A DNA stretch of 39,284 nt, taken from a bacterium. Its GTDB lineage: Bacteria > Zhuqueibacterota > Zhuqueibacteria > Zhuqueibacterales > Zhuqueibacteraceae. The notes under the pieces were generated by a model. The model worked only from the letters and a program-made list of their open reading frames with translations, did no database searches and was not told the DNA's origin. A program made the translations under genes and the position numbers. Location: contig JBIOXB010000099.1 of the NCBI GenBank assembly GCA_044869275.1, positions 1 through 39,284 of the forward strand, in the 5' to 3' direction. Shown piece after piece: positions 1 to 8,789 of this stretch; position 1 is the stretch's first letter; each line of letters starts with the position of its first letter.

Positions 1-1
1 G

Positions 2-802
2 CGGCGCGAGCGCCATGGGCATGGTCTCGCCGGTATGCGCGCCTCCATATAAACCTCCCATGTGCTCGGCGGCAAGATCGACCATCAATAAATGCAGCAC
101 GATACGTAAACGCTTGCGGAAGTCCTCGTCGCGCGTGAATTCATGCAACACCGCGAGCGCGGCAAAAGTTGCGGGCAAATGTTGGGGAGAATCGTACTCG
201 CTTTGCCCTTCGGTTACAGCTTTTTCTATCCAGGCGGAAAAATATTCTTGCGCCTCGCGCAAATTGGCTGCTGAAGTTTTGCCGTTGAACCATTCTTCTG
301 CCGTCATCTTGGGCCAGGTTTCCGCGGCCAGCAGCAATGCGGCAAAATAGAGATGCATTTCGTGCTCGGAGAAATCGTGCACGGATGCCGTTTTCCCCAA
401 CGCGGCTTTGATTTGCCCTGCCAGCGCCGGGGTCAAATTTTGCCTGCCGAAGAGATAGGCCGCCATGAGATTGAACATGAACGAAGGCTCAGGCCGCGGC
501 GCGGCGAGCAATTGCGACATCATGCGATGCGCTTCATTGATGCGCTCGCCACTGGCATAGCGCGCCACCACGGCGGCAAAACTTGCGCGCGTTTCTTTCT
601 CCACGAAATGGGCCAGCAAAGTTTGCGCGCGCGCCTCGAAGGCTTTCTTTTCGTCTTTAACATTCAACGGCGCTTGGGGCAGACTGTCCGGCGCTTGCGG
701 AAAGACGGGAGGCGTGGAGAGTGCAGAACAGAAAATCAAAAAGCTAATGAAGTGATGGCGGCAGTTTGAAATCGGACGTACAACTTCCTTGTGCTTGGGC
801 AT
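2..802 (-). CDS. Secreted hypothetical protein, alpha-helical (heparinase/alginate-lyase-like toroid by inference); 3' end runs off the window
   Basis: Read manually: ATG at 802 preceded by AGGAAGG and open to the window edge. Translation MPKHKEVV...FLIFCSALSTPPVFPQ (signal-like)...WFNGKTSAANLREAQEYF...EGQSEYDSP...GGLYGGAH. Absent from the ORF track because it has no stop in the window. Confidence 0.75.
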   Translation of the reverse strand, partial: MPKHKEVVRPISNCRHHFISFLIFCSALSTPPVFPQAPDSLPQAPLNVKDEKKAFEARAQTLLAHFVEKETRASFAAVVARYASGERINEAHRMMSQLLAAPRPEPSFMFNLMAAYLFGRQNLTPALAGQIKAALGKTASVHDFSEHEMHLYFAALLLAAETWPKMTAEEWFNGKTSAANLREAQEYFSAWIEKAVTEGQSEYDSPQHLPATFAALAVLHEFTRDEDFRKRLRIVLHLLMVDLAAEHMGGLYGGAHTGETMPMALAP

Positions 803-995
803 GCTGATCCTTCCTAGAAGCAACGAAGAGCGGTTATTTTCGCGGAGGTTGAGAATGAATAGACCAAGATTGAACAAATGCCCTTCAAAAGCAAGCTGGA
901 ATTGCCTGCCGCAACGCGGCTGTAACATTTGCAGGGTGCTCAGCCTCAGGATTTTGTCGGGCGCGGTGTTGCGATGGCCACGCGGCGTGCCAAGA

Positions 996-2576
996 TCATT
1001 TCGCCCAACTTGGAAATTGGCTGAGGTCGATTTGAAATGCGGGGACGGCAAAAAGATAAACCGCGAGTGTGACCAGAATGACGCCCATAATATCCAGCCA
1101 AATTCCGGCCTTCGCCATATCCGGCGTGCGCACGAAACCCGAGCCGAAGACAATGGCGTTGGGACCGGTCGCGATGGGGAGCATGAATCCGCAGGAGGCG
1201 GCAACCGCCACGGCAATCATCACCGGCAGCGGGTTGACTTGCAGGGCTTGTGCTGAGGCAGCGAAGATCGGCACGAAGATGGCGGCCGTCGCTGTGTTAG
1301 AAGCGAATTCGCTAATGAGTGTGATCGCAGCGCAGGCGAGCAAAATCAAAACCAGAGGGGGAAGATGTTGTGCGAAACTGACCTGCTGCCCCAGCCAGTC
1401 GGACAGGCCGGTGGCTTTGAACCCGGCGGAAATCGCCAGTCCGCCGCCAAAGAAAATGAGCAGGCCCCAGGGCAATTGCGCCGCGGTTTTCCAATCCAGC
1501 AAAAATTCACCGCGGCGCCAATTTGTGGGCATGAGAAAAAGCAGCAGCGCCGCCATGATCGCAACGGTGGCATCGGTGACCCGAGCTTGCACCCCGAGCC
1601 ATGTTGCCCAGCCGGGCAGCCGAAAAGCTTCCAAATCCAAATCTACTCGAAAAATCCAGCCGAACACAGCCAGCAGAAAGGTCAGCAGCACCAGTTTCTC
1701 CTCCTTGGTCGCGGGACCCAGTTTTTGGATTTCAGCAATGATGATGTCGCGCGAACGCGGCGAGGCTGTTTTGCCGATGCGGAACACGAAGCGGGTGAGC
1801 ACGAGCCACGCGAGCGGAGTGAAGAGCAAAACGAGCGGGACTCCAAAGGCAGCCCAGCGCACAAAATTCACTTCCGGCGCGCCGGGGAAGAGCTTCTTGA
1901 CATTCGTCACCAGAATCAAATTCGGCGCCGTGCCCAGGAGAGTGCCCATGCCGCCGATGGAGGCGGCATAAGCCACGCTCAGCATGAGACAGACGCGAAA
2001 ATTGCGCATGCGATCGGCGCTGAGAAAATCGCCGGCTTCGCTAAGCTGTGAAATCACCGCCAGTGCGATGGGATACATCATCATGGTGGTGGCGGTGTTG
2101 GAAATCCACATGGAAATGAACGCGGTCGCGCACATGAAGCCGAGCACAATGCGGTTCGGGCTTGTGCCGATGGCGCGGATGATGTGCAGCGCGATGCGTT
2201 TGTGCAAATGCCATTTTTGCATCGCGAGCGCGAGGCAGAATCCTCCCATGAACAGAAACAGAATCTCGTCACCGTATTGCCGTGTGACTTCGCCCATGGG
2301 CATGATGCCCAGCAGTGGAAACAGCACCATCGGCAGCAGCGCGGTGACGGGCATGGGGAGCGCCTCGGTGATCCACCAAAATGCCATCAACATGCAAGTC
2401 GCGAGCAGGCGCCGGGCAGGTACATTCAAGCCCGGCGTGAGCGCGGGCCAAAGAAAAAGCAGGAAAAGCGGGAGGCCTAAAACGAAGCCCACTTTGCGGC
2501 GCAGAGAAAAAGCCGGGCCGGCAGCATCAAAGCCGGAATCAGCTTCAGGAGCAGAGGGAGCGGCGGTGGGTGGCAT
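996..2576 (-). CDS. DASS/SLC13 family sodium:dicarboxylate (or sulfate) symporter
   Basis: Motifs WWITEALPMPVTALLP, FISMWISNTATT, SIGGMGTLLGTAPN, SEFASNTATA and FMLPIATGPNAIVFGSG; many TM helices. Confidence 0.95.
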   Translation of the reverse strand: MPPTAAPSAPEADSGFDAAGPAFSLRRKVGFVLGLPLFLLFLWPALTPGLNVPARRLLATCMLMAFWWITEALPMPVTALLPMVLFPLLGIMPMGEVTRQYGDEILFLFMGGFCLALAMQKWHLHKRIALHIIRAIGTSPNRIVLGFMCATAFISMWISNTATTMMMYPIALAVISQLSEAGDFLSADRMRNFRVCLMLSVAYAASIGGMGTLLGTAPNLILVTNVKKLFPGAPEVNFVRWAAFGVPLVLLFTPLAWLVLTRFVFRIGKTASPRSRDIIIAEIQKLGPATKEEKLVLLTFLLAVFGWIFRVDLDLEAFRLPGWATWLGVQARVTDATVAIMAALLLFLMPTNWRRGEFLLDWKTAAQLPWGLLIFFGGGLAISAGFKATGLSDWLGQQVSFAQHLPPLVLILLACAAITLISEFASNTATAAIFVPIFAASAQALQVNPLPVMIAVAVAASCGFMLPIATGPNAIVFGSGFVRTPDMAKAGIWLDIMGVILVTLAVYLFAVPAFQIDLSQFPSWAK

Positions 2577-2621
2577 AGGAGAAGTTCGCGGCGGAAGAGT
2601 TTTAGATTCTGCGTTTCAGCC

Positions 2622-2650
2622 AGGATATTTCGAAAAAGCGTGAGAATCAA
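2622..2650 (-). promoter_or_regulatory. Putative sigma70 promoter for the DASS transporter
   Basis: Minus strand TTGATT(2650-2645)-17 bp-TATCCT(2627-2622), 45 bp upstream of the ATG. Confidence 0.5.
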
Positions 2651-2663
2651 GCAAAAATCTTGC

Positions 2664-2692
2664 TTGGTTGCAAACGATTTGTTTTATATCAT
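2664..2692 (+). promoter_or_regulatory. Putative sigma70 promoter for the CHASE2-sigma54 activator
   Basis: TTGGTT(2664-2669)-17 bp-TATCAT(2687-2692). It lies back-to-back with the divergent promoter; palindrome CAAGCAA-aaatc-TTGCTTG sits at 2648-2666. Confidence 0.35.
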
Positions 2693-2765
2693 TAGCCTGT
2701 TTTAGAAGCCACTAGACAGCACTATGCCCGGTTCCCCGGCAGCACGAAATTCTTGGCCTTGATGC

Positions 2766-5390
2766 ATGCGCCGACATTTGTTCCTCTTTTTTGATCGGAG
2801 CTCACTTCTCGCCCTCGCATTCGGGTGCCTCTTCTCCGTTCTCTCGATTCTGCCGCTGTCGTGGCATGAAACCCTCGAAAATTTTCTCATCGATCAGCTT
2901 TTCAAGCTGCGCGGCTCACGACCCTGGTCTGAAAATTTCGTGCTGGTGGCGATCGGCGCGCAGGATATACAAGCGCTGGGCGGCTGGCCATTGACGCGCG
3001 ATTATTACGGCTACGTTTTGCATTTTCTCAACAGCCGCGGCGCGCGAACCCTCGGCTTCGATCTTCTTTGGGATCGGCCGCACGCGCTTTATCCCGAACA
3101 CGACGCGATGCTGGCCAGCTTGCTGGCCGCACGCCCAAGTGTTTGCCTGCCCTTTGTATTTTCTGATTTCGAAAGTGCCATCTCCCCTGCCCCGGGGCAC
3201 TCCGATTTTCCGCAACACGCTTATGCCGGCCACCAGCCGATTTTTCCACTGCCGGAATTTCGGCAATCCTTGGCGGGAATGGGGTTTGGCAATCTCGAGC
3301 GCACAGCGATGCCGCGAAAAATGCCGGTGGTCGCTGCTTTTCGAGACTCCTTGACGTTGGCCTTCGGTGCGGAGCTTGCGCGTTTGTTTTTGGGCGGAGC
3401 GCAAGCGCCTGAGATTCGGCCTCATGCTTTGGTATTGTTCGATTCTGCGCAAGGCGTGCATGAAATCCCGCTTGACGCGCAAGGACGCATGCGGCTCAAC
3501 TATTTGGGCGAGGGGCATGAGCTGAATACGCTCAACTTTGTTGAGCTGTTGCGCATTTCTCAAAAAAATCCCGACTCGCTAGATTGGCACGGCAAAATGG
3601 TTCTCGTGGCCGTGAGCGATCCCACGTTGACCACGATCAAGGCCACACCCCTGGCCAAAGCCTTACCGGCGAGCGTCATCCATTTGACCGTGGCAGAAAA
3701 CATCGTCCAGCGGAATTATTTGCGAGAAGCGGGCAGCGCTTTGCAAATGATCATGATTCTTCTGTTTGCTGGTTTTGGGGCGAGCCTGGCGCGACTGAAG
3801 AATGTGCGCTCCCTGCTCCTGGTCGGCGGCGTGCTGGCGATGCTTTACGCTCTGCTGGCGGTCTGGTTATTTGCGCGCTGGAATTTTGTGCTTCCGCTTT
3901 TTTATCCGCTGCTCGCCAGCCTGGCGACGCTCGTGAGCATTGTTTATGCGCAGCGGCAACGGGAACGCGGTTGGGAAGCGGCCCAGCAAAAACTGCTGGG
4001 AGAACAAATCACGGCGACGCGGGCGCAATGGGAGGAAGCGGAATCGAGGCTAACCGAAACGCAAAAGCAATTGTCGCAATACGCTACGCTTTCCGCCAAG
4101 GATCGCCAGCTCGTGGAGGAGCAAAAGCAGAAGATTTTCACTTTGGAGAAGCAGTTGCGCGATTTGCAGGCTTATGAGAACGCTGCGCCGGGAGAGATTT
4201 TGCGAGAGTTCAACGAGGTGGTGTGCACGCCGGAGAGTCCGATGGCACAGGTGCTGGCGCTGGTCCCCAAGGTGGCGGGTGACGATATTCCCGTGCTCAT
4301 CTGCGGTGAAACCGGCACTGGCAAGGAATTGGTGGCGCGTGCGATTCATCGCGCCGGTCCAAGACGGCACAAGCCATTTGTGGCGATCAATTGCAGCGCG
4401 CTGCCCGAGAGTTTGCTCGAAAGCGAGTTATTCGGCCACGAAAAAGGCAGCTTCACGGGCGCACAGGCGCAACGTCGCGGCCGTTTCGAAATCGCCACCG
4501 GTGGCACACTTTTTTTGGATGAAATCACCGAGACTTCTCCGGCGCTGCAGGCGCGCTTGCTGCGTGTTTTGCAGGAGGGAACCTTTGAGCGCGTGGGCGG
4601 CGAGCAAACACTGAAAGCCGACGTGCACGTGCTCGCCGCGTGTAATCGCGACCTGCAAAAGGAAATCGAACGCGGAAGATTTCGCGTGGATTTGTTTTAT
4701 CGTCTCAATGGCTTTCAGATCGTTTTGCCGCCGCTGCGCGAGCGCAGCGAGGATATTCCCTTGCTGGCTTCACATTTCCTGCGCAAGCATGATTATAAAG
4801 GTGTGGAGCGCTTTTCAAATGCCGCCATGGCAGCCCTGCAAAACCATGCCTGGCCCGGCAACGTGCGCGAGCTGGAGAACGCGGTGCGCCGCGCGGCAGT
4901 GCTGGCGCAGAGTGAAGGCCGCGCTTTGATTCAGGCCGAAGATTTGCCCAAGGATATTGCGGCGGAGGGGGAGGCGGCACGAGCGCCGGTTTCGTATCGC
5001 GCGCTGCCCGATCAGATTTTGGAAATGTTGCGCGCCATGAAATTCTCGCACAGCGCCATCAGCCAAACCGCCAAAGCCCTGGGCAACCGCGATCGGGGAA
5101 CGATCACGGAATATTTGCGTGGCATGTGCTTCGAGCATTTTGTGCAGGCGAATTTTGTATTGGAAGCAGCGGCACGAAGCCTGGCGGAATCGGCGGAAGA
5201 GGAAACAGTGCAGCGCGCACGAACAAAAATAGAAGCATATCTCGCGAATCTGCGTGCCGCGACCGCTGCGCGCGCGAACAAAAAAAACGACCAAGCCGGA
5301 ATGGAGCAGGCCTGCAAGGGTTTACCGAAGAAATATCATGCCTGCGTGCAGAGGATTTTCGCGCATTGGGAGGAAACCAGCGGGGAGTAA
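2766..5390 (+). CDS. Membrane-anchored sigma54-dependent transcriptional activator (CHASE2 sensor + TM + coiled coil + AAA+ + HTH-like)
   Basis: CHASE2-like motifs (FVLVAIG..DIQALGGWP, GARTLGFDL, D..G.MRLNY, GKMVLV, TP....PASVIH...ENI) and 3 TM helices. AAA+ motifs GETGTGKE, ESELFGHEKGSFTGA, LFLDEI, FRVDLFYRL and WPGNVRELEN. Confidence 0.92.
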   Translation: MRRHLFLFFDRSSLLALAFGCLFSVLSILPLSWHETLENFLIDQLFKLRGSRPWSENFVLVAIGAQDIQALGGWPLTRDYYGYVLHFLNSRGARTLGFDLLWDRPHALYPEHDAMLASLLAARPSVCLPFVFSDFESAISPAPGHSDFPQHAYAGHQPIFPLPEFRQSLAGMGFGNLERTAMPRKMPVVAAFRDSLTLAFGAELARLFLGGAQAPEIRPHALVLFDSAQGVHEIPLDAQGRMRLNYLGEGHELNTLNFVELLRISQKNPDSLDWHGKMVLVAVSDPTLTTIKATPLAKALPASVIHLTVAENIVQRNYLREAGSALQMIMILLFAGFGASLARLKNVRSLLLVGGVLAMLYALLAVWLFARWNFVLPLFYPLLASLATLVSIVYAQRQRERGWEAAQQKLLGEQITATRAQWEEAESRLTETQKQLSQYATLSAKDRQLVEEQKQKIFTLEKQLRDLQAYENAAPGEILREFNEVVCTPESPMAQVLALVPKVAGDDIPVLICGETGTGKELVARAIHRAGPRRHKPFVAINCSALPESLLESELFGHEKGSFTGAQAQRRGRFEIATGGTLFLDEITETSPALQARLLRVLQEGTFERVGGEQTLKADVHVLAACNRDLQKEIERGRFRVDLFYRLNGFQIVLPPLRERSEDIPLLASHFLRKHDYKGVERFSNAAMAALQNHAWPGNVRELENAVRRAAVLAQSEGRALIQAEDLPKDIAAEGEAARAPVSYRALPDQILEMLRAMKFSHSAISQTAKALGNRDRGTITEYLRGMCFEHFVQANFVLEAAARSLAESAEEETVQRARTKIEAYLANLRAATAARANKKNDQAGMEQACKGLPKKYHACVQRIFAHWEETSGE

Positions 5391-5396
5391 CGCATT

Positions 5397-6179
5397 TTAT
5401 TTTTGTGCCGTGGGCGGCGGCGTTGCCGCAGCCGCTTTCATTTCTTCGGGAATTTCCCACGTGACCAGGAGTTCCACGGTCTTGCCCGCCATCAGTTCGA
5501 TCAATTGCCGTTTGACCCCCAGGTGCTCGTGCCACAAAACCAAATCATATTTGCCGGCTGGCAGGCGCGGCAAAGCGAATTCTCCTTTGGCATTGGAAAC
5601 CGCAAAGCCGCGATGGGGAACCACCAGAATGAAAGCTTGCATCCAATCGTGCCCGCTTTTGCTGCGCACGCGAATGAGCCCTGGTGCGTTGAGAATCGCC
5701 ACGGCCGTGGCCTCGGACGCAGGCAAAACGTAATTGCAGGCCGGGTGTGATTCCGCTCGAAAGAGAGATTTCGTGACCTGGCGGTCCCATCCCGAGCGGA
5801 AGGCATAAAGCTCGCCGCGGGCATCGTGCAGAATAGCGTCGCGATTGCGCAGCAGCAGCGTGTCGCCTGGCAGCGCCGCCAGCACGTGCGGCTGGAATGC
5901 GCAGTCGAGCATTTCCAGCGGCAGGACCGCGTGCGGCAAGCCGGTTTCGGGTTTGAGGTTGGCAATGAACGCGATGACATTGGCAAGCTCAAGTTTTTTG
6001 CCAATCACGAGTGCTTCATTCTGGACTTGCAGACCGCAAGCGCCCTGGTCTTTGGTGACAGGATGCGGCGCCAAAAGCTGCGGCACCGCCGACAGCGTGA
6101 TTTTGCCTTTGAGGGACTGTCCGTAAGCGGCACTCAACCACGCGAGCGACAGCAACAATGGAAAAAGTTTGAAATTCAT
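5397..6179 (-). CDS. Secreted protein with cupredoxin-like/carboxypeptidase-regulatory-like beta domains
   Basis: Signal peptide MNFKLFPLLLSLAWLSAAYGQ; motifs C.FQPHV, NRD.ILH, H.WM.AFILV..H..FAVS...GEF.L..LPAGKY.L..WHE. An alternative start is ATG 6203. Confidence 0.75.
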   Translation of the reverse strand: MNFKLFPLLLSLAWLSAAYGQSLKGKITLSAVPQLLAPHPVTKDQGACGLQVQNEALVIGKKLELANVIAFIANLKPETGLPHAVLPLEMLDCAFQPHVLAALPGDTLLLRNRDAILHDARGELYAFRSGWDRQVTKSLFRAESHPACNYVLPASEATAVAILNAPGLIRVRSKSGHDWMQAFILVVPHRGFAVSNAKGEFALPRLPAGKYDLVLWHEHLGVKRQLIELMAGKTVELLVTWEIPEEMKAAAATPPPTAQK

Positions 6180-6279
6180 GGCAACGGTTTTGGCGATCGG
6201 CATGTGGTGGCGGCAGCTTGCACGGCGTGTGCGCTGCCACGTGCATGTGGAAAAAACGGGGTCGTGAAAATCACCCGGC

Positions 6280-6630
6280 CTAATCCAGCCAGTATAAAAT
6301 CCGCCCGCAGTTTTCACAATTGTACACTTCCAAATCGGTGCGGCCGTGGGTGGGCAGGGAGGTGGGCACGCGCATGAAGCAACCCAAGCAGGTGGCTTCT
6401 TTTACGGGCACGATCGCGCGCTTGTAGCGATTGCGCAGGCGCTCGTAGTTGCGCAGCAGCGGCTGTTTGATTTTTTGCACCAATTCCTCGCGCGCGCGGC
6501 CCAAGGTCGCTGCGCCCTCGATGTTGACGTCGAAACCAAGCTCTTTGACTTCTTCTATTTCGCGCTGCATGATATCCAAATCTTGCAGCGCGACGAGGAA
6601 CTCGATTTGTGTGGAAAGTTTTTCGGCCAT
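6280..6630 (-). CDS. C4-type zinc ribbon protein (short CT398/DUF164-like)
   Basis: N-terminal L..LQDLD, YERLR, CLGC...CENCGRILY; overlaps the upstream stop by 1 nt. Confidence 0.85.
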   Translation of the reverse strand: MAEKLSTQIEFLVALQDLDIMQREIEEVKELGFDVNIEGAATLGRAREELVQKIKQPLLRNYERLRNRYKRAIVPVKEATCLGCFMRVPTSLPTHGRTDLEVYNCENCGRILYWLD

Positions 6631-7088
6631 TAGCTTTTGAGCAAAAGAGTGAAATCAGTGAAAGTGGTAGCTTGCGAGAATTTTTCACGCTCTTCGGGCT
6701 GGCTCAACACTTCGACCAGCCGGCCGAGCACTGGAAGGTAGCGATTGTCCTGTTCATGAGGAGGGGAGAGCACCATAAATATCAGATGTACCGGCTTGCC
6801 GTCGAGCGCGCCCCAAGCGAGGCCGCGCTTGGAATAGCCGAAGGCGATCTTGAGTTTGGCGGCGGCGGTGGTGCGTCCATGCGGGATCGCGATACCGTGG
6901 CCGATACCGGTGCTGCCCAGTTCTTCGCGGCGGTGGATCATTTCCAGCACCAGCGCCGCATTGCGCACAATGCCGGCGGCGGCGAAACAATTGACCAGCT
7001 CTTCTAAAACACCTTCCTTGGTCCGGGCTTGCAGCACCGGAACGAACATGGATTCCTCGAAATGAGAGACGAGCTCGATCTTGTCCAT
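6630..7088 (-). CDS. PTS IIA-like nitrogen-regulatory/fructose-type EIIA domain protein
   Basis: RREELGSTGIGHGIAIPHGR phospho-His motif; W.ALDGKPVHLIF. Confidence 0.92.
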   Translation of the reverse strand: MDKIELVSHFEESMFVPVLQARTKEGVLEELVNCFAAAGIVRNAALVLEMIHRREELGSTGIGHGIAIPHGRTTAAAKLKIAFGYSKRGLAWGALDGKPVHLIFMVLSPPHEQDNRYLPVLGRLVEVLSQPEEREKFSQATTFTDFTLLLKS

Positions 7089-7106
7089 AAGGATTGCAAT
7101 GCGCTC

Positions 7107-7418
7107 TTAGTTTAGAGATTCTTCGGATATATCTTCAGATGAAATTTTTTCTTCGGGAAGGGCGGCAGCCCGCCCCGCTTCGTCGATCACTTCGCGCAGC
7201 GCCGGCACGATGAAGACATTCTCCAAATTCATTTGCGCCAGCTCGCGCGCCAAAACTTTGACTTTTTGCGGGGGGTTCAAGCCGCTGGGAACGAAGAGCA
7301 TACCCTGGTTTTCCAGCATGCAATAGCCACCGGCAAAGTCCCCCTTTTCGTAGCGTAATTGCAGGCCTAAGCTTTCGACAATTTTTTCCAGGCCCGATAG
7401 AATTTCTTCGTCTTTCAT
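7107..7418 (-). CDS. Conserved hypothetical protein
   Basis: Tightly coupled in the operon (3-bp gap after manC); LGLQLRYEKGDFAGGYC motif. Confidence 0.8.
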   Translation of the reverse strand: MKDEEILSGLEKIVESLGLQLRYEKGDFAGGYCMLENQGMLFVPSGLNPPQKVKVLARELAQMNLENVFIVPALREVIDEAGRAAALPEEKISSEDISEESLN

Positions 7419-7421
7419 GCC

Positions 7422-8495
7422 TCAGAGCAATTCGGTTTTTTTCTTGCGCTTGAGCAATTCCACGAGTTCTTTGACCTCTTGCGCGCGTTCCCGGGCGCAG
7501 ATGAGCAGCGCATCTGCGGTCTCCACCACGATCATATTTTGCAGGCCGATGGCAGCGACCGTCTTGCCGGGCACATCGATCAAGCAACCTGAGGATTCAT
7601 ACAGCGCGTGGTCCTGCTCGCGAAGTGCGTTGCCGTCTTTGTCTTTGGAAGAGAGCTTAAAGACTTCGTCCCAACTGCCGATGTCATTCCACTCGAAATT
7701 GGCGGGTAGCACCGCCACGTTCCGCGCATTTTCCATCACGCCGTAATCGATGGAGATGCTTTTGATTTGCTGATACACGCGGGTGATGGTCTCCAGCTCG
7801 GAAGGCTGGCCTAAGTGCCGGTCGATTTCAGCCAAGCCATCGCTGAGCTGCGGCAGCTGCTCTTCGAACTGTTCCATGATGGTGGCCACACGCCACACGA
7901 ACATACCACTGTTCCAAAGAAAATCTCCGCTGGCCAGAAAGCGCTTGGCGGTTTCGAGATTCGGCTTTTCGGCAAAAGTCTTGACTTTCAGCGCTTTGAT
8001 TCTGGCGTTGGCCAGGACTTCGTCACTGCACTGAATGTAGCCGTAACCCGTGGCGGGGTAAGTCGGATGAATGCCGATTGTGAGCAACACCGGAAATTCG
8101 GCGGCGATTTGGGCTGCGGCCTGCAAAGTTTCGCGAAAATTTTCCGCGGGCGTGACCAGGTGATCCGCTGGCAGCACCGCCATCACTTCGTCACCAAATT
8201 GTTTGCGCATGAACAGCGCCGCCAAGCCGATGCAGGGAGCCGTATTCTTGCCCCAGGGCTCGACAATGAGGTTCGACTGTGGCAGCTGCGGCACTTGCGC
8301 GCGAATCGCGTCGCGCTGTACTTCCTTGCAAACGATGAATATTTTTTCCGGGGGAATGATGGGATGCAGACGGCGCACCGTGTTTTGCAACATGGTGCCT
8401 TCGCCAATGATCTGCAACAACTGCTTGGGATGGCTTTCTCTGCTTTTCGGCCAAAAACGCGTGCCAGAGCCACCGGCCATGATCAACGCCATCAT
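7422..8495 (-). CDS. manC: Mannose-1-phosphate guanylyltransferase
   Basis: IMAGGSGTRFWPKSR...PKQLL, EP.GKNTAP, PADH, TGYGYI, F.EKP, WNSGMF, SIDYGVME, WNDIGSW; no cupin isomerase C-terminus. Confidence 0.95.
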   Translation of the reverse strand: MMALIMAGGSGTRFWPKSRESHPKQLLQIIGEGTMLQNTVRRLHPIIPPEKIFIVCKEVQRDAIRAQVPQLPQSNLIVEPWGKNTAPCIGLAALFMRKQFGDEVMAVLPADHLVTPAENFRETLQAAAQIAAEFPVLLTIGIHPTYPATGYGYIQCSDEVLANARIKALKVKTFAEKPNLETAKRFLASGDFLWNSGMFVWRVATIMEQFEEQLPQLSDGLAEIDRHLGQPSELETITRVYQQIKSISIDYGVMENARNVAVLPANFEWNDIGSWDEVFKLSSKDKDGNALREQDHALYESSGCLIDVPGKTVAAIGLQNMIVVETADALLICARERAQEVKELVELLKRKKKTELL

Positions 8496-8594
8496 GATGC
8501 TGTCCTCGAGTTGCCCGTCCTATATGATCAGTCCGCGTATTTTCAAAGCAATCGGAGAATGAGTGCTTGCGATTCCTCTTAAGAAACGCAGGCC

Positions 8595-8623
8595 AATGTA
8601 TACAACCACCTGCAAAAAATCAA
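8595..8623 (-). promoter_or_regulatory. Putative sigma70 promoter for the manC operon
   Basis: Minus strand TTGATT(8623-8618)-17 bp-TACATT(8600-8595). Confidence 0.55.
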
Positions 8624-8789
8624 GCAAGATTTGCGGGAATTTTTTCCGTGCGCAGGAATGCCGAAAGCGCCCGAGCTCCCGGCGGTATCTCGCGCTCGCC
8701 TTGACTTTCCGATGAAAGTTCAGTATCTATACGCCATCTTGCTGCGGCCTCCGCCACGCGCTTTGGGCAATCACCAAGCCGGGAATTTT

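Noticed and set aside
1069..2643. Long + strand ORFs opposite the DASS transporter (and similar shadow ORFs elsewhere)
   Set aside because: Antisense open frames are expected at high GC, and these show no motifs or RBS.
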